Origin: Bdellovibrionales bacterium
Lineage (GTDB): Bacteria; Bdellovibrionota; Bdellovibrionia; Bdellovibrionales; JAUICD01
Reading direction: 5' to 3'
Assembly (NCBI GenBank): GCA_965197425.1
Contig: CBDANC010000015.1
Location: 32,001-96,000, forward strand
Length of the DNA: 64,000 nt
Of this stretch, positions 40,625 through 51,129 are shown piece by piece. The notes below the pieces were generated by a model, which was not told where the DNA came from, ran no database searches, and saw only the letters and a list, made by a program, of their open reading frames with translations. The first letter of the stretch is position 1. Every line of letters begins with the position of its first letter. Both the position numbers and the translations under genes were made by a program.

Positions 40625-43208
40625 TATAAATATTAAATTCTTTGGTGATTGGAAAGATCTTAGTAAAGCACTTTCTTCTATAGATATTCAAAAAAACTCT
40701 CTTATTGTATCTGGAATAAAAACTAAAACTGATCTTCAGTTTTATTTTTTAAACCAGCAAAAACTTCCTATGGTTGGAAATTCTATACAAACATTTTATG
40801 AGTTTTTAGAAGATGTCTTATTTCAAGTAAGGCTAGATATTAAAATTGTATCTAGTCACTACATTAAGGCAATGATAGCAAGAGAAGAAAACATGCCTGG
40901 GGCTTCTGAGTCTGTATTTGAGTTTTTAAAACTAATGCTTCCAGCCTTTTCTCATCCTAATGGATTTGAAATAATGTCAGAATGGTCACAAGCTCATAAA
41001 GCCAATATCCGATGGGGAAAATTATTTAAAAAGGCATATAAAGCATATACTCAAATTTTAGATCAAAACATTACAACTCAAGAATTTATACCTGCCCTAC
41101 TCTTTAATCTAGATTTAACCAACATAAAAACAAAAAAAGTGTATTTTTACTTAAGTAGCAACTTAAAACCTGTATATATTCATATCCTAAATAATTTAGC
41201 TAAAAATAATGATCTAACCCTACTATGCCCTACTAAAAATTGGATAGATGAACATGAAGCACTAAAAGTCTATAGAGGACTTAAAGCTTCCAACACATCT
41301 ATCTTATATAAATCAGAAAATAAAATAATCTCTAAAAGATTTACCTCTATGCTATCTGAGGTTAAGGATTGTATAGCACATGTAAGGAAATGGATAGAAG
41401 ATGGCATTGAACAAAAAGATATAGTAATAGCAGCACCAGGTATTGAGTCTTATTGGGAAGTATTAAAAGAACATTTAGACGTTGAGGGCATAGGATATGA
41501 TAGAGCAGTTAAAATACCAATACAAAGTTTTTCCGATGTAACCAGATTAATATCTACAATACGAGCAAATTTAATTCCTTCTAAAAATGATCTACAATTA
41601 GCTATTTTTCACAAAGATAAACCCATTTCATCTTATGATTCTTTTTACGAACAATATGATGTAGTAACCGAGCTAGAAGACTATAAAAGATCTGAAATAG
41701 TCTTTAAATTTATATCAGATAAGTTTAATAAAGAAGCTTTAAGCTTAGATGAGTTTATTGAATATGTATCTGTGATTTGGAAAAAAATAAACGGCGATCC
41801 AGATAGGTTAGCAAAAATTTTAAGTTGTCTTGTTCAAGATAATTTTACTTTCAAAATGAGTCTTTCTAAATGGTTTTATTATTTAGAATCGCTCTTGACT
41901 GATGTAAAAATAACAAAAACTCACCCTAATTTAAATGGGGTAGGTATTTTAGATTTATCTAAATTAGACAGGTTGGATATTAAAAAAATATATCTAATGG
42001 GAGCTACTTATCAAGCAATGAATAGTTTTAAAAGTGTTCCCATCACAAAACAAGATTTAGATACCATAGAAAAAGATACTGGGTTTGTATTAGACTATAA
42101 ATCTAGAAACTTAGAGTTTAATGCAGAGTGGATGTTATCTGGCAATGCTGATGTGGTGATAAGTTTTGCAGAAAACAGCTTTTTTTCAGACGAACTAACT
42201 CCTTCTTACTTTTGGCTAAAATATGCAAAATGCAAATTCACAAGCCAGCCTAAGAAGACAAGATGGGATTTGATTCAAGAAAAAAATGTTAGAAAACCTG
42301 GGCAAAGCAAATCTTATGATAATTACGCGATCAAAAAAACTTTAAAAAAATATGATCTAAAAAAAATATCTGCTACAGACATTGAAACATTTAAGAGTTG
42401 TCCCTTTATATTTTATGCAAAAAAATGTTTGGGATTAAGAGACAATGCTTCTTTAGGTTTAGATTTTAGTTACTTATACCAAGGATCATTTTTACATGAA
42501 TGTTTAGAAGAGTTAGTTAAAGAGCCATTTAAAAATTATTCTAAAAAAGATCTTGAAAAGTATTTAAAAAATAAGATTAAACCTAAGGTTGTGGAGTCTA
42601 AATACATAGATAAATTTATACATAAATATGCTAGAATTCTTGAGAGAGTTTTTGAATTTGAATTAAAAAATAGGGAACAAAAAAATATAAAAACCATAGG
42701 CAAAGAAGTGGAATTCCAAGCTCACTATTTGCCAGACAAAGAGAAGTTTTGTAAGTCAGGTGATGAAATTTCAGTTTTAGTCACAGGTAAGATTGATAGA
42801 ATAGATGAAGTAAAAAATTCTAATCTTCGGATTATTGATTACAAAAGTTCTGGCTCTAAAGTAAGACACTATCAATCTTGGATTAAAAATAATATGCTTC
42901 AGCTAATATTATACTCAATCCTAGCAGACGAAGGTTTTGTGAGGGACATATCAGGAGAAGTATCAGATGCGATGTATTTTAATCTTAAAGATGTTGAGCT
43001 AAAGGGCTTTTGTCTAGATGAAAAATCAAATTCACGGAGCAAAATTTCGCTAGAAGATTTAGGCAAGCTGTACAATTCTTTTAAAGAAATTTTAAGGAGT
43101 ATAATAGATGAAATAAAAAGTGCTGAGTTTGATCCAGCTCCAAGTGACTCTAAGAAATGTGAAGAATGTTATTTAAACAAAACATGTAGGTATAACTATG
43201 AAGCGTAA
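40611..43208 (+). CDS. addB: AddB-like PD-(D/E)XK nuclease subunit
   Basis: ISATDIE..KSCPF, G..LH, GKIDRID, IIDYKS, C-terminal CEECYLNKTC (Fe-S Cys); overlaps addA. Confidence 0.82.
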   Translation: MINSDINIKFFGDWKDLSKALSSIDIQKNSLIVSGIKTKTDLQFYFLNQQKLPMVGNSIQTFYEFLEDVLFQVRLDIKIVSSHYIKAMIAREENMPGASESVFEFLKLMLPAFSHPNGFEIMSEWSQAHKANIRWGKLFKKAYKAYTQILDQNITTQEFIPALLFNLDLTNIKTKKVYFYLSSNLKPVYIHILNNLAKNNDLTLLCPTKNWIDEHEALKVYRGLKASNTSILYKSENKIISKRFTSMLSEVKDCIAHVRKWIEDGIEQKDIVIAAPGIESYWEVLKEHLDVEGIGYDRAVKIPIQSFSDVTRLISTIRANLIPSKNDLQLAIFHKDKPISSYDSFYEQYDVVTELEDYKRSEIVFKFISDKFNKEALSLDEFIEYVSVIWKKINGDPDRLAKILSCLVQDNFTFKMSLSKWFYYLESLLTDVKITKTHPNLNGVGILDLSKLDRLDIKKIYLMGATYQAMNSFKSVPITKQDLDTIEKDTGFVLDYKSRNLEFNAEWMLSGNADVVISFAENSFFSDELTPSYFWLKYAKCKFTSQPKKTRWDLIQEKNVRKPGQSKSYDNYAIKKTLKKYDLKKISATDIETFKSCPFIFYAKKCLGLRDNASLGLDFSYLYQGSFLHECLEELVKEPFKNYSKKDLEKYLKNKIKPKVVESKYIDKFIHKYARILERVFEFELKNREQKNIKTIGKEVEFQAHYLPDKEKFCKSGDEISVLVTGKIDRIDEVKNSNLRIIDYKSSGSKVRHYQSWIKNNMLQLILYSILADEGFVRDISGEVSDAMYFNLKDVELKGFCLDEKSNSRSKISLEDLGKLYNSFKEILRSIIDEIKSAEFDPAPSDSKKCEECYLNKTCRYNYEA

Positions 43209-45942
43209 AATAACGCAGGCTGGTGCTGGCACAGGAAAAACAACAAGCTTAATAAATGAAGTTTTCAAGTTTTATATTGAATATAGATCGAAGCATGCTA
43301 AACATCCAAATGTTGTCCTTACAACATTCACAAGGAAAGCAACTCAAGAGTTAAGGGAAAGAATTGTAGAAAAAGCAATTTCAGAAAAGGTAGAAAAAAA
43401 TGGATTTTTAGACTTTGCCCTGTCAAATAACAACTTACATATTTCAACTATTCATGGAGTAGTATCTTTATTTCTAAGACAGTATGCTGGAACACTTAAG
43501 ATCGATTCTAACTTTAAAGTAATGAATAAATCTAAACACCTTGCAACTACTGTTTTAAGAAATTTGTTAAATGAAGATAGGGAACTTTTAGAAGAGTATA
43601 GTTTTGATAATTTATTAGACTATGTTGATTCATTTTATAAAAAGTATTCTGAAAAACCAGATATAAAACCAGCTACAAGAGAAGATTTAGAAAAACTTAT
43701 TCAAAATGATAAGGAAAAACCAAATAGTTATACTTTAGAAAAAATAGAACAAGTAGGGGAGAAATTTAATAAACTAGGCATTTTGTTTAGCAAAAAATTT
43801 TACGAAGAAAAGCAAAAAAATGGCATATTAACTATAGATGATCTAGAGCTGCTTATGCTTAAATGTATTAGAGATCATAAAAATTTAGTAAAGGAATTCG
43901 CTGGTTTTTGGGATTATTGGTTAATTGATGAATACCAGGATACAAGCCCTATACAGGATTTCATATTAGATAATTTATCTAAAAACACAAAGTGTTTTTA
44001 TGTAGGGGATCCACAGCAGAGTATTTACTCATTTAGAGGGGCTAAAGAGGAAGTATTTTTAAACAAAGTAAAAAAAATAAAATCTAACGAAGGTACACTG
44101 TATTTAAAAAGTAACTATAGATCAAACAAAGCGCTAGTTAATTTTTTCAACGATTTTTTTGGCTCACATAAAGACAAAGCCTTTAATTCTTTAAATTCTA
44201 AGAGTAACAGAAAGATGCCAAATTATCCTGTATGTACTTTTATTATTTGTGATAAAAACAAAGACAAGCTGCTTCAAGAGGAAGTTGTAAGTAGTGAAAT
44301 AAAATCTCTTTTGAAAAAAGGAGCAAGTCCAGAAGATATTTGTATTTTGTGTCAGACAAATGATCAACTATCTAAAATTTCAAAAAGTTTAGATCAGTAT
44401 AATGTGCCTACATTTGTTCATTCCTCAGGAGCTTTTCATAAAAGAAAAGAAATTAAAGATCTAAAAATTATAATCAAATTTTTATTAAATCCACATGATA
44501 ATATTAATTTCATTTCTTTTTTGCGTATGCCTTGGGTTGAAGTTGGTGAAGATATAATTTTTCAAATAGGGAAAAGTGTTAAAAATTCTAGGGATGAAAT
44601 TTCATATTGGCAACATATTAGAGACAATCAAAAATTTATAGATTTATCAGACAAATTAGAAAAGCTTTTTAGTGATGTAAGTATCAATGGAATAGCTGAT
44701 ACCGTTAGAGATTTTTGTATTGAAAGTGGCTTCATAAATGATTCTCTTTTATATGATGAATCTGGAAGAAGAGAGGCAAATATTTGGAAGTTTTTGCTTA
44801 AAATTAAGGTGCATGAGCCAGAGTTTAACTTTTTAGATCTTATAGAAGGAGAAGAGTATCAATATAGCGAAGATTCATTTGATAGTGATCAAGGGGCAGA
44901 CGCTATTTCTGCAATAAACCCTGGGATGGTAAATTTAATGACCATTCACAAGGCTAAGGGATTAGAATTTAAACATGTGTTTATAGCTTTTTTTGATGTA
45001 AAATCTAAGGGTAATAATAAAAATGGCTTTGTGTTGGATGAAAATTCCAATAAATGGACAATCCCGTACAATGACGCTAAAGAGGCAAAAAAAGCTTCTG
45101 TTTTAGCTAATAGAGTGAAAGAGAATAATAAATCTATAAAAGAGAAAGAAGAAGATAGAAAATTGTATGTAGCAATGACAAGAGCAATTGATTCTCTACA
45201 CATATTTGTTAATGAGAAAGGTTTAAGAGAAAATGGCAAAACTAGTGGGTATTGGGTCAAGAATTTTGATTGGGACTTTATACCAGGTAAGTTTGAAAAG
45301 GATAATTATACTTATGAGGTAAAAAAAGCCAAGGCCTTAGATAGCGAAATTGATTGTGATAAGCAAGTTGATGTTGAAGTTCCTGATAAAATAAAACCCG
45401 ATGTCTTAGTTAAGAAAGCTGTGGGGGATTTTTTAGAAAACAAGGTATTTTATAGTAAGAAAAATACCGTGCTTAGGAGCGTAAGAAAGACAGATTTTGG
45501 AATAAAGTTTCATAGAGTAATGCAGTTAATGCAATCAGGTGTTCAATGTGATTTAGAGGCATTATTTAGCTCTGATGAAACTGTGTGTGAAGTTAGAGAT
45601 GCTGTGGATTTTTTGAAAAATCTTAAAGCCCCCCCGTTTATGAAAATTTTTGAGGTTGGCAAGACTGAATGGTGGTTTATGAAAAAAATAAATGACGTTG
45701 TTTTAGAAGGCAGAATAGATCTTTGGGGTGTGGTGGATAATATTGCATGGGTGATAGATTATAAAACAGGTTCATTGGAAAATTGTGATTTGGCCCTGAA
45801 ACAGTTAGCAATATATGCATCTTTGGTAAAAGATATATGTAAAAGGGAGGTAAAAATTGCTGCCTTGTATCCTATGGATAAAGAGGTAATTGTAAAAGAC
45901 TCTGTATTTATAAATCAAACTTTAGAAAATCTCAATGTTTAA
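43198..45942 (+). CDS. addA: AddA-like UvrD helicase-nuclease
   Basis: AGAGTGKT, TFTRKA, IDEYQD, VGDPQQSIYSFR, NYRS, TIHKAKGLE, YVAMTRA, GRIDL..IDYKTG. Confidence 0.85.
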   Translation: MKRKITQAGAGTGKTTSLINEVFKFYIEYRSKHAKHPNVVLTTFTRKATQELRERIVEKAISEKVEKNGFLDFALSNNNLHISTIHGVVSLFLRQYAGTLKIDSNFKVMNKSKHLATTVLRNLLNEDRELLEEYSFDNLLDYVDSFYKKYSEKPDIKPATREDLEKLIQNDKEKPNSYTLEKIEQVGEKFNKLGILFSKKFYEEKQKNGILTIDDLELLMLKCIRDHKNLVKEFAGFWDYWLIDEYQDTSPIQDFILDNLSKNTKCFYVGDPQQSIYSFRGAKEEVFLNKVKKIKSNEGTLYLKSNYRSNKALVNFFNDFFGSHKDKAFNSLNSKSNRKMPNYPVCTFIICDKNKDKLLQEEVVSSEIKSLLKKGASPEDICILCQTNDQLSKISKSLDQYNVPTFVHSSGAFHKRKEIKDLKIIIKFLLNPHDNINFISFLRMPWVEVGEDIIFQIGKSVKNSRDEISYWQHIRDNQKFIDLSDKLEKLFSDVSINGIADTVRDFCIESGFINDSLLYDESGRREANIWKFLLKIKVHEPEFNFLDLIEGEEYQYSEDSFDSDQGADAISAINPGMVNLMTIHKAKGLEFKHVFIAFFDVKSKGNNKNGFVLDENSNKWTIPYNDAKEAKKASVLANRVKENNKSIKEKEEDRKLYVAMTRAIDSLHIFVNEKGLRENGKTSGYWVKNFDWDFIPGKFEKDNYTYEVKKAKALDSEIDCDKQVDVEVPDKIKPDVLVKKAVGDFLENKVFYSKKNTVLRSVRKTDFGIKFHRVMQLMQSGVQCDLEALFSSDETVCEVRDAVDFLKNLKAPPFMKIFEVGKTEWWFMKKINDVVLEGRIDLWGVVDNIAWVIDYKTGSLENCDLALKQLAIYASLVKDICKREVKIAALYPMDKEVIVKDSVFINQTLENLNV

Positions 45943-47099
45943 TACCTTTCTACTACGATAGCGCTTGCTTCTCCTCCGCCTATGCATAAGGTTGCAAGCC
46001 CTCTTTTTAATTTTAGATTATCAAGTGCATATAGCAAGGTAGTTAGTATTCTAGCTCCACTTGCCCCTATTGGATGTCCCAGAGCTATAGCTCCACCATT
46101 TACATTTATCTTTGATTTGTTGATATTAAAGTGATCAATACAAACTAATGCTACTGATGCAAAGGCTTCGTTGATTTCCCACAAATCAATATCGTTTGCA
46201 TCAAGCCTGGATGCTTTTAGCACCTTTTCTACAGCACCTATTGGGGCTGTGGTGAACCATGCTGGATCACTGGCATGTGATGCGTGTGCAATGATTTTTG
46301 CCATAGGCTTAATCGCTAGTTTTTTAGCTTGATCTTCTGACATTAGAACAAGCGCAGATGCCCCATCGTTGAGTTTGCTGGCATTTGCTGCTGTTATTGT
46401 TCCATCTTTTTCAAATACGGTTCGGAGCTTTGGAATTTTATCGAATAAGACTTTTTTAGGTTCTTCATCGCAAGTTACTTTTACAAGCTCTTTTTTGTTT
46501 TCGTATTCTACAGATACTATTTCATTTTTAAAGAGATCTTTTTCGGTGGCAGCTATAGCTCTTTTGTAACTTTCTATAGCGAACTCGTCTTGACTTTCTC
46601 TTGAGTATTTTTTTTCCTTAGCACATAGTTCACCAAAACTCCCCATATGCTGGTTATTGTATGGATCCCATAGTCCATCATGTATCATGGAGTCTACAAT
46701 TTGTTGATGTCCCATTCTAAAACCATTTCTCATATTGTTTAAAATAAATGGAGCTTGGGACATGTTTTCCTGTCCACCACAAGCTATTATGGTGTTTGGA
46801 TTTATTGTGATCCTGTCTGAAGCTAGCATGACAGCTTTTAATCCTGAACCGCATACCTTATTTATTGTCATACATTCCGTGCTGTTAGGGAGTCCTGCTC
46901 CTAGAGCGGCTTGTCTGGCTGGTGCTTGCCCTATACCCGCTGTTAACACCTGTCCCATTATCACTTCATCTATATCTAAATTCAGCCCTTCCAAAGCTCC
47001 TTTTATTGCAATAGATCCAAGTGTTGGAGCAGTAACACTGGATAAAGAGCCTTTGAACGAACCAATGGGAGTTCTTTTAGCACTGACTATAACAACCAT
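45939..47099 (-). CDS. atoB: Acetyl-CoA C-acetyltransferase (thiolase)
   Basis: NKVCGSG, EINEAF, GGAIALGHPIGASG, LCIGGG. Confidence 0.93.
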   Translation of the reverse strand: MVVIVSAKRTPIGSFKGSLSSVTAPTLGSIAIKGALEGLNLDIDEVIMGQVLTAGIGQAPARQAALGAGLPNSTECMTINKVCGSGLKAVMLASDRITINPNTIIACGGQENMSQAPFILNNMRNGFRMGHQQIVDSMIHDGLWDPYNNQHMGSFGELCAKEKKYSRESQDEFAIESYKRAIAATEKDLFKNEIVSVEYENKKELVKVTCDEEPKKVLFDKIPKLRTVFEKDGTITAANASKLNDGASALVLMSEDQAKKLAIKPMAKIIAHASHASDPAWFTTAPIGAVEKVLKASRLDANDIDLWEINEAFASVALVCIDHFNINKSKINVNGGAIALGHPIGASGARILTTLLYALDNLKLKRGLATLCIGGGEASAIVVERY

Positions 47100-47225
47100 A
47101 TTTTACAACAACCATATTTTGTAAGACCACACTACGTAACCACCATCTTTTATAACAGCTTGTTTTTTAGAACAACACTTATGGCTCTTTTTTAATAAAG
47201 GCGAGGTTAGCAAACAGCAAATAAA

Positions 47226-47560
47226 TCTGGCTTTGCCAGTTTTTTTGCTGTGAGCGCCTGTTTCCTGGTGGGCCTCACAGCCGATCTTGTAACTCAAGGT
47301 GAGCCTAATGAGGCTAATAAGATGGATTGGTGAAATGCAGGACGAAGTCCAAATGAAACCAAAACATATTTTAGCCGAGTGGTTACCCAGCTCTGGAACA
47401 CGATGTTGATCCCGTAACTTAAAGTCTTCCGAACGAGGCAAAAACAAGGAGGCTTTGTCTTCTTTCAAAGCCTGGTGGTTGCCCAGCTCTTTATGTGGTA
47501 GGTATCTCCCCTTACGATGAAGGATCGGCTGTGAGGTCCGCCGGAACGTAGGGCCACTTT
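47226..47560 (-). repeat. Modular hairpin element chain with alternative modules (last ~40 bp in opposite orientation)
   Basis: Contains AAGGTGAGCCTAATGAGGC, AAAGTCTTCCGAACGAGGC, GGACGAAGTCC, CTGGCTTTGCCAG, and GGATCGGCTGTGAGG at 47522. Confidence 0.88.
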
Positions 47561-47723
47561 TCAAAACAAACAAGTCTGTTTATTTCAGTGGCCTCTAAGT
47601 GTTGTTGAACGTAATTTGCCCGACAAAAAGCAAGCAAACTCGCTTTATTGTCAGGCGGGGGTCAGTGCTTACATATAAACTACTTGATTCAGATATCTTT
47701 TGTCTAGTATAAGAGCCTTCACC

Positions 47724-48590
47724 ATGGCATTAAGTAAGAAAAAATCAAAAGCCAAAAAAAAGGCGCCCAAACATTTGAAAAAGAAGACTAAAAAGAAACT
47801 GTCTAAGAAGAAGTCTTCTAAGAAGATAATCAAAAAAGTATCTAAAAAGAAAGTTCCTAAAAAGGCGACTAAGACTAAAAAGAAGACATCTAAGAAGAAA
47901 GTATCTAAGAAAAAAGTGTCTAGGAAGAAGTCTTCTAAGAAGGCAGTCAAAAAGGCATCTAAGAAAAAAGTGTCTAAGAAAAAGTCCTCTAAGAAGGCAG
48001 TCAAAAAGGCATCTAAGAAAAAAGTGTCTAAGAAAAAGTCCTCTAAGAAGGTAGTCAAAAAGGCATCTAAAAAGAAAGCATCTAGAAAAGCAACTAAGGC
48101 TAAGAAGAAAGTATCGAAGAAGAAAACCGTTGGGAAAAAGGTATCTAAGAAAAAAGTGTCTAAGAAGAAACCTTCTAAAAAGAAGCTTTCCGAAAAAGAT
48201 ATTTTAAAAATTAAAGACGAAGTGGAGCAGGCTTTTGAGGAAGAACTAGTAGAACTAAAGGACGCTTTTGGTAACAAACTTTGTTGTTCAAAGGATTGTG
48301 ATCAGGTTGCTACTGTAATGGATAAGAATGGTCAGCATTATTGTAGGTTACATTACATAGCTTTATGGGAAAGCATTCAGATTAGAAACAACATATTGAC
48401 CGGGGACATTTTGAAAAATTTTGTCGATCGGATTGTAAAGCTATATCCTGAAAAATTCTTGGAGATAGTAAGAAAAGATTTGAGCACAGAAAAAGATTTT
48501 ATTACTGCATTACAAGACTTGGATATGTCGGAATTTGCTTCTTTTGATGACCATTTTGGGTATGCCGACGAGGTTTCCGAAGATTATTAA
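47724..48590 (+). CDS. Histone H1-like Lys-rich protein with C-terminal Cys/His domain
   Basis: About 155 aa K/S/A/V low-complexity N-terminal half, then CCSKDC...YCRLHY domain and acidic tail; 9 bp upstream of mutS. Confidence 0.8.
   Translation: MALSKKKSKAKKKAPKHLKKKTKKKLSKKKSSKKIIKKVSKKKVPKKATKTKKKTSKKKVSKKKVSRKKSSKKAVKKASKKKVSKKKSSKKAVKKASKKKVSKKKSSKKVVKKASKKKASRKATKAKKKVSKKKTVGKKVSKKKVSKKKPSKKKLSEKDILKIKDEVEQAFEEELVELKDAFGNKLCCSKDCDQVATVMDKNGQHYCRLHYIALWESIQIRNNILTGDILKNFVDRIVKLYPEKFLEIVRKDLSTEKDFITALQDLDMSEFASFDDHFGYADEVSEDY
47904..48070 (+). repeat. 54-bp coding tandem repeat, about 3 copies (SKKKVSKKKSSKKAVKKA)
   Basis: GGCAGTCAAAAAGGCATCT at 47942 and 47996, variant at 48050. Confidence 0.88.
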
Positions 48591-48599
48591 GAGGTAAAT

Positions 48600-50870
48600 T
48601 TGACTAAGCAATCACCTATGATGATGCAATATAAAAATATCAAGAATAGATATCCTGATAGTATTTTGATGTTTCAGATGGGTGATTTTTACGAAATGTT
48701 TTTTGAAGATGCCAATGTTTCTTCTTCTATTCTGGGGATTACCCTTACATCTAGAAACAAAAATAAAGAAAACCAGGTGCCAATGTGTGGTGTTCCTTTG
48801 ACCAATTTAGGTTCTTCAGTAAAGAAGCTTTTGGATAGCAATCTAAAGGTTGCGGTCTGTGATCAAATTGAAAATCCTGTAAATGCAAAAGGCATTGTTA
48901 AAAGAGGGGTTACCAGACTTCTAACACCTGGAATGGTATTTGATCCAGAAACTTTGGATGGAACTAAGCAAAACTATCTTGCTTCTTTTGATGATAAGAC
49001 TATGTCTTTTGTGGATTCAAGTACTGGAGATAATTTTTACTATGAGATTACTGGATTAACTCAGGTAAAAAATTTGTTTAATACTTTTAAACCTGTAGAG
49101 TTTGTGAAATCGAAAGATCAAAAAAACATTGGTTTTCAAAATGTGTTTGTAAGTAATTTTGATATGGATGTTCCAAACTTAGATCGGAACAAATACACAC
49201 ATAATGGTGTTGAAATAGAGAGCACCAGGAGGTTAATAGGCTATATTAGGTCTATGAAACATCCTATTTCAACTTTAAGACCTCTATCAAAAAGAGGTAT
49301 GAGTTATATGAATTTGCAACCCAATACTAGGCAACATTTGGAGTTTTTTAAGACATACAATAATGATGTTAGGGGATCACTTTTTCACACGATCAATAAG
49401 ACCAAAACGCCAGGAGGAGCTAGAAAACTTAGAGAATTTTTGAATTTTCCTTTGGTACAAGAAGACTTGATTCAAAGGCGACATGATAAAATTGAAGAGT
49501 ATTTAAAGGATCAGACTTTACTTGGTCTTTTGAGAAAAACTTTATCTGGTATAGGGGAGATAGAGAGAAAGTTAATAAAGATATGTTCTGGTAGTTATGT
49601 ACCTAAGGATTTTGTTTCTGTTGGTCATTCTTTATCAAAGGCTTTAGATCTTTTTAAGATTCAAAACTTTAAGCATAAACATCAAGATGATTTGCAGAAA
49701 ATTGTAGATACAATTTTTAAGACTATTGAAATTGATTTTTGTGGAAATATGAAGGATGGGGGATTTATAAAGCCGGAGGCATCGCTTAAACTTTCTAAGT
49801 TAATTGAGTGTGATAGAGATGCTTTAAGCAAAGTTAAAATGTTGGAAAAGAAGGAAAGAGAAAAACAGAGGATTCCTTCTTTAAAGATTAAGTTTAACAG
49901 TGTGTTCGGGTATTATATTGAGGTGACGAATACTCATAAAAGTAAAGTTCCAGATTATTACATAAGAAAGCAAACTTTGGTAAATTCTGAAAGATATACA
50001 GTTTTAGAGTTAAAAAAAATAGAAGAAGAAGTATTGCTAGCAAGATCTAAGAGGTTAGATTTAGAGCTTAGTATTTTGGATGATTTAAGGATTCTTTTAC
50101 ATGACAATGCTAGGATTTTGATGGAGGTTTCAGACTTAATCTCTAGGATTGATGTTTTTACTTCTCTTGCGTGGCTTGCACTTGAAAACAGCTATGTAAA
50201 GCCCGAATTATCTTCCGACAAAATTTGTGTTGTAAATTTACGACATCCTGTCGTGGAGTTGTATAGCGAGATCCCTTTTGTACCTAACACTTTTGAGATG
50301 CATACATCTGATTGTATGTTGATTACAGGACCTAATATGGCTGGTAAGAGTACAGTTATGAGGCAATTTGCAATTTGTAGTATTCTCTGTCAGATGGGTT
50401 CATTTGTCCCTGCAAGTAGTGCCAAGCTCTGTATTTTTGATAGTATCTATACTAGGATTGGAGCAAATGACTCCTTATCGGAGGGGCTTAGTACTTTTAT
50501 GGTTGAGATGAAGGAAACTGCTAGCATGTTGAATGGGGCCACTAGTAGGAGTTTGCTTATTTTAGATGAGATAGGTCGTGGAACATCTACTTTTGATGGA
50601 ATGAGTTTAGCACAGGCTATTTTAGAGCATTTAGTTTTCAAGGTTAGAGCTACAACTTTTTTTGCTACACATTATCATGAGTTAACTTCTAGTGTAGATG
50701 GGGTGATAAACAAGCATATGGGAATTGAGGAAAGTGGTCAGAAGATTAGATTTCTTTACACTCTTTTAGACGGTGTTTGTGGAAAGTCTTATGGTGTGGA
50801 AGTAGCAAAACTTGCTGGGATCCCTGAGAAAGTTACCTCTAGAGCAAACGAGATATTGTCCCAACACTGA
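48600..50870 (+). CDS. mutS: DNA mismatch repair protein MutS (short, 756 aa)
   Basis: SPMMMQY, GDFYEMF, PMCGVP, TGPNMAGKST, DEIGRGT, ATHYHEL, SYGVEVAKLAG. Confidence 0.95.
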   Translation: MTKQSPMMMQYKNIKNRYPDSILMFQMGDFYEMFFEDANVSSSILGITLTSRNKNKENQVPMCGVPLTNLGSSVKKLLDSNLKVAVCDQIENPVNAKGIVKRGVTRLLTPGMVFDPETLDGTKQNYLASFDDKTMSFVDSSTGDNFYYEITGLTQVKNLFNTFKPVEFVKSKDQKNIGFQNVFVSNFDMDVPNLDRNKYTHNGVEIESTRRLIGYIRSMKHPISTLRPLSKRGMSYMNLQPNTRQHLEFFKTYNNDVRGSLFHTINKTKTPGGARKLREFLNFPLVQEDLIQRRHDKIEEYLKDQTLLGLLRKTLSGIGEIERKLIKICSGSYVPKDFVSVGHSLSKALDLFKIQNFKHKHQDDLQKIVDTIFKTIEIDFCGNMKDGGFIKPEASLKLSKLIECDRDALSKVKMLEKKEREKQRIPSLKIKFNSVFGYYIEVTNTHKSKVPDYYIRKQTLVNSERYTVLELKKIEEEVLLARSKRLDLELSILDDLRILLHDNARILMEVSDLISRIDVFTSLAWLALENSYVKPELSSDKICVVNLRHPVVELYSEIPFVPNTFEMHTSDCMLITGPNMAGKSTVMRQFAICSILCQMGSFVPASSAKLCIFDSIYTRIGANDSLSEGLSTFMVEMKETASMLNGATSRSLLILDEIGRGTSTFDGMSLAQAILEHLVFKVRATTFFATHYHELTSSVDGVINKHMGIEESGQKIRFLYTLLDGVCGKSYGVEVAKLAGIPEKVTSRANEILSQH

Positions 50871-50880
50871 GAGGCCTATG

Positions 50881-50922
50881 ACAAAAAATTCACTTGTTTT
50901 TAGTCTCGTTCGGAAGAGCTTT
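50881..50922 (+). repeat. Fragment of modular element (end module)
   Basis: CACTTGTTTTTAGTCTCGTTCGGAAGAGCTT. Confidence 0.75.
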
Positions 50923-51129
50923 GTGGTGTATTTTATTGAGATTTTCTAAAAAAAGTTATAGCGATGTCTCTCTCATTTGCTATGATCTTGTTTCATGGGA
51001 TGGGGCTTTCGAAACAAAAACCTTCACAAGGGTATCGACAGTTGTAACACCAACAGTGCTAGTGCTAGTGCTGTTGATGTTGTTGGCGAAGAAGCTAATG
51101 CTAAAAACTTTAATAATAATGAATATTTA

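Noticed and set aside
47669..48277. 202-aa Phe/Leu-rich minus-strand ORF (also 24298-24714)
   Set aside because: Antisense shadow of Lys-rich coding sequence
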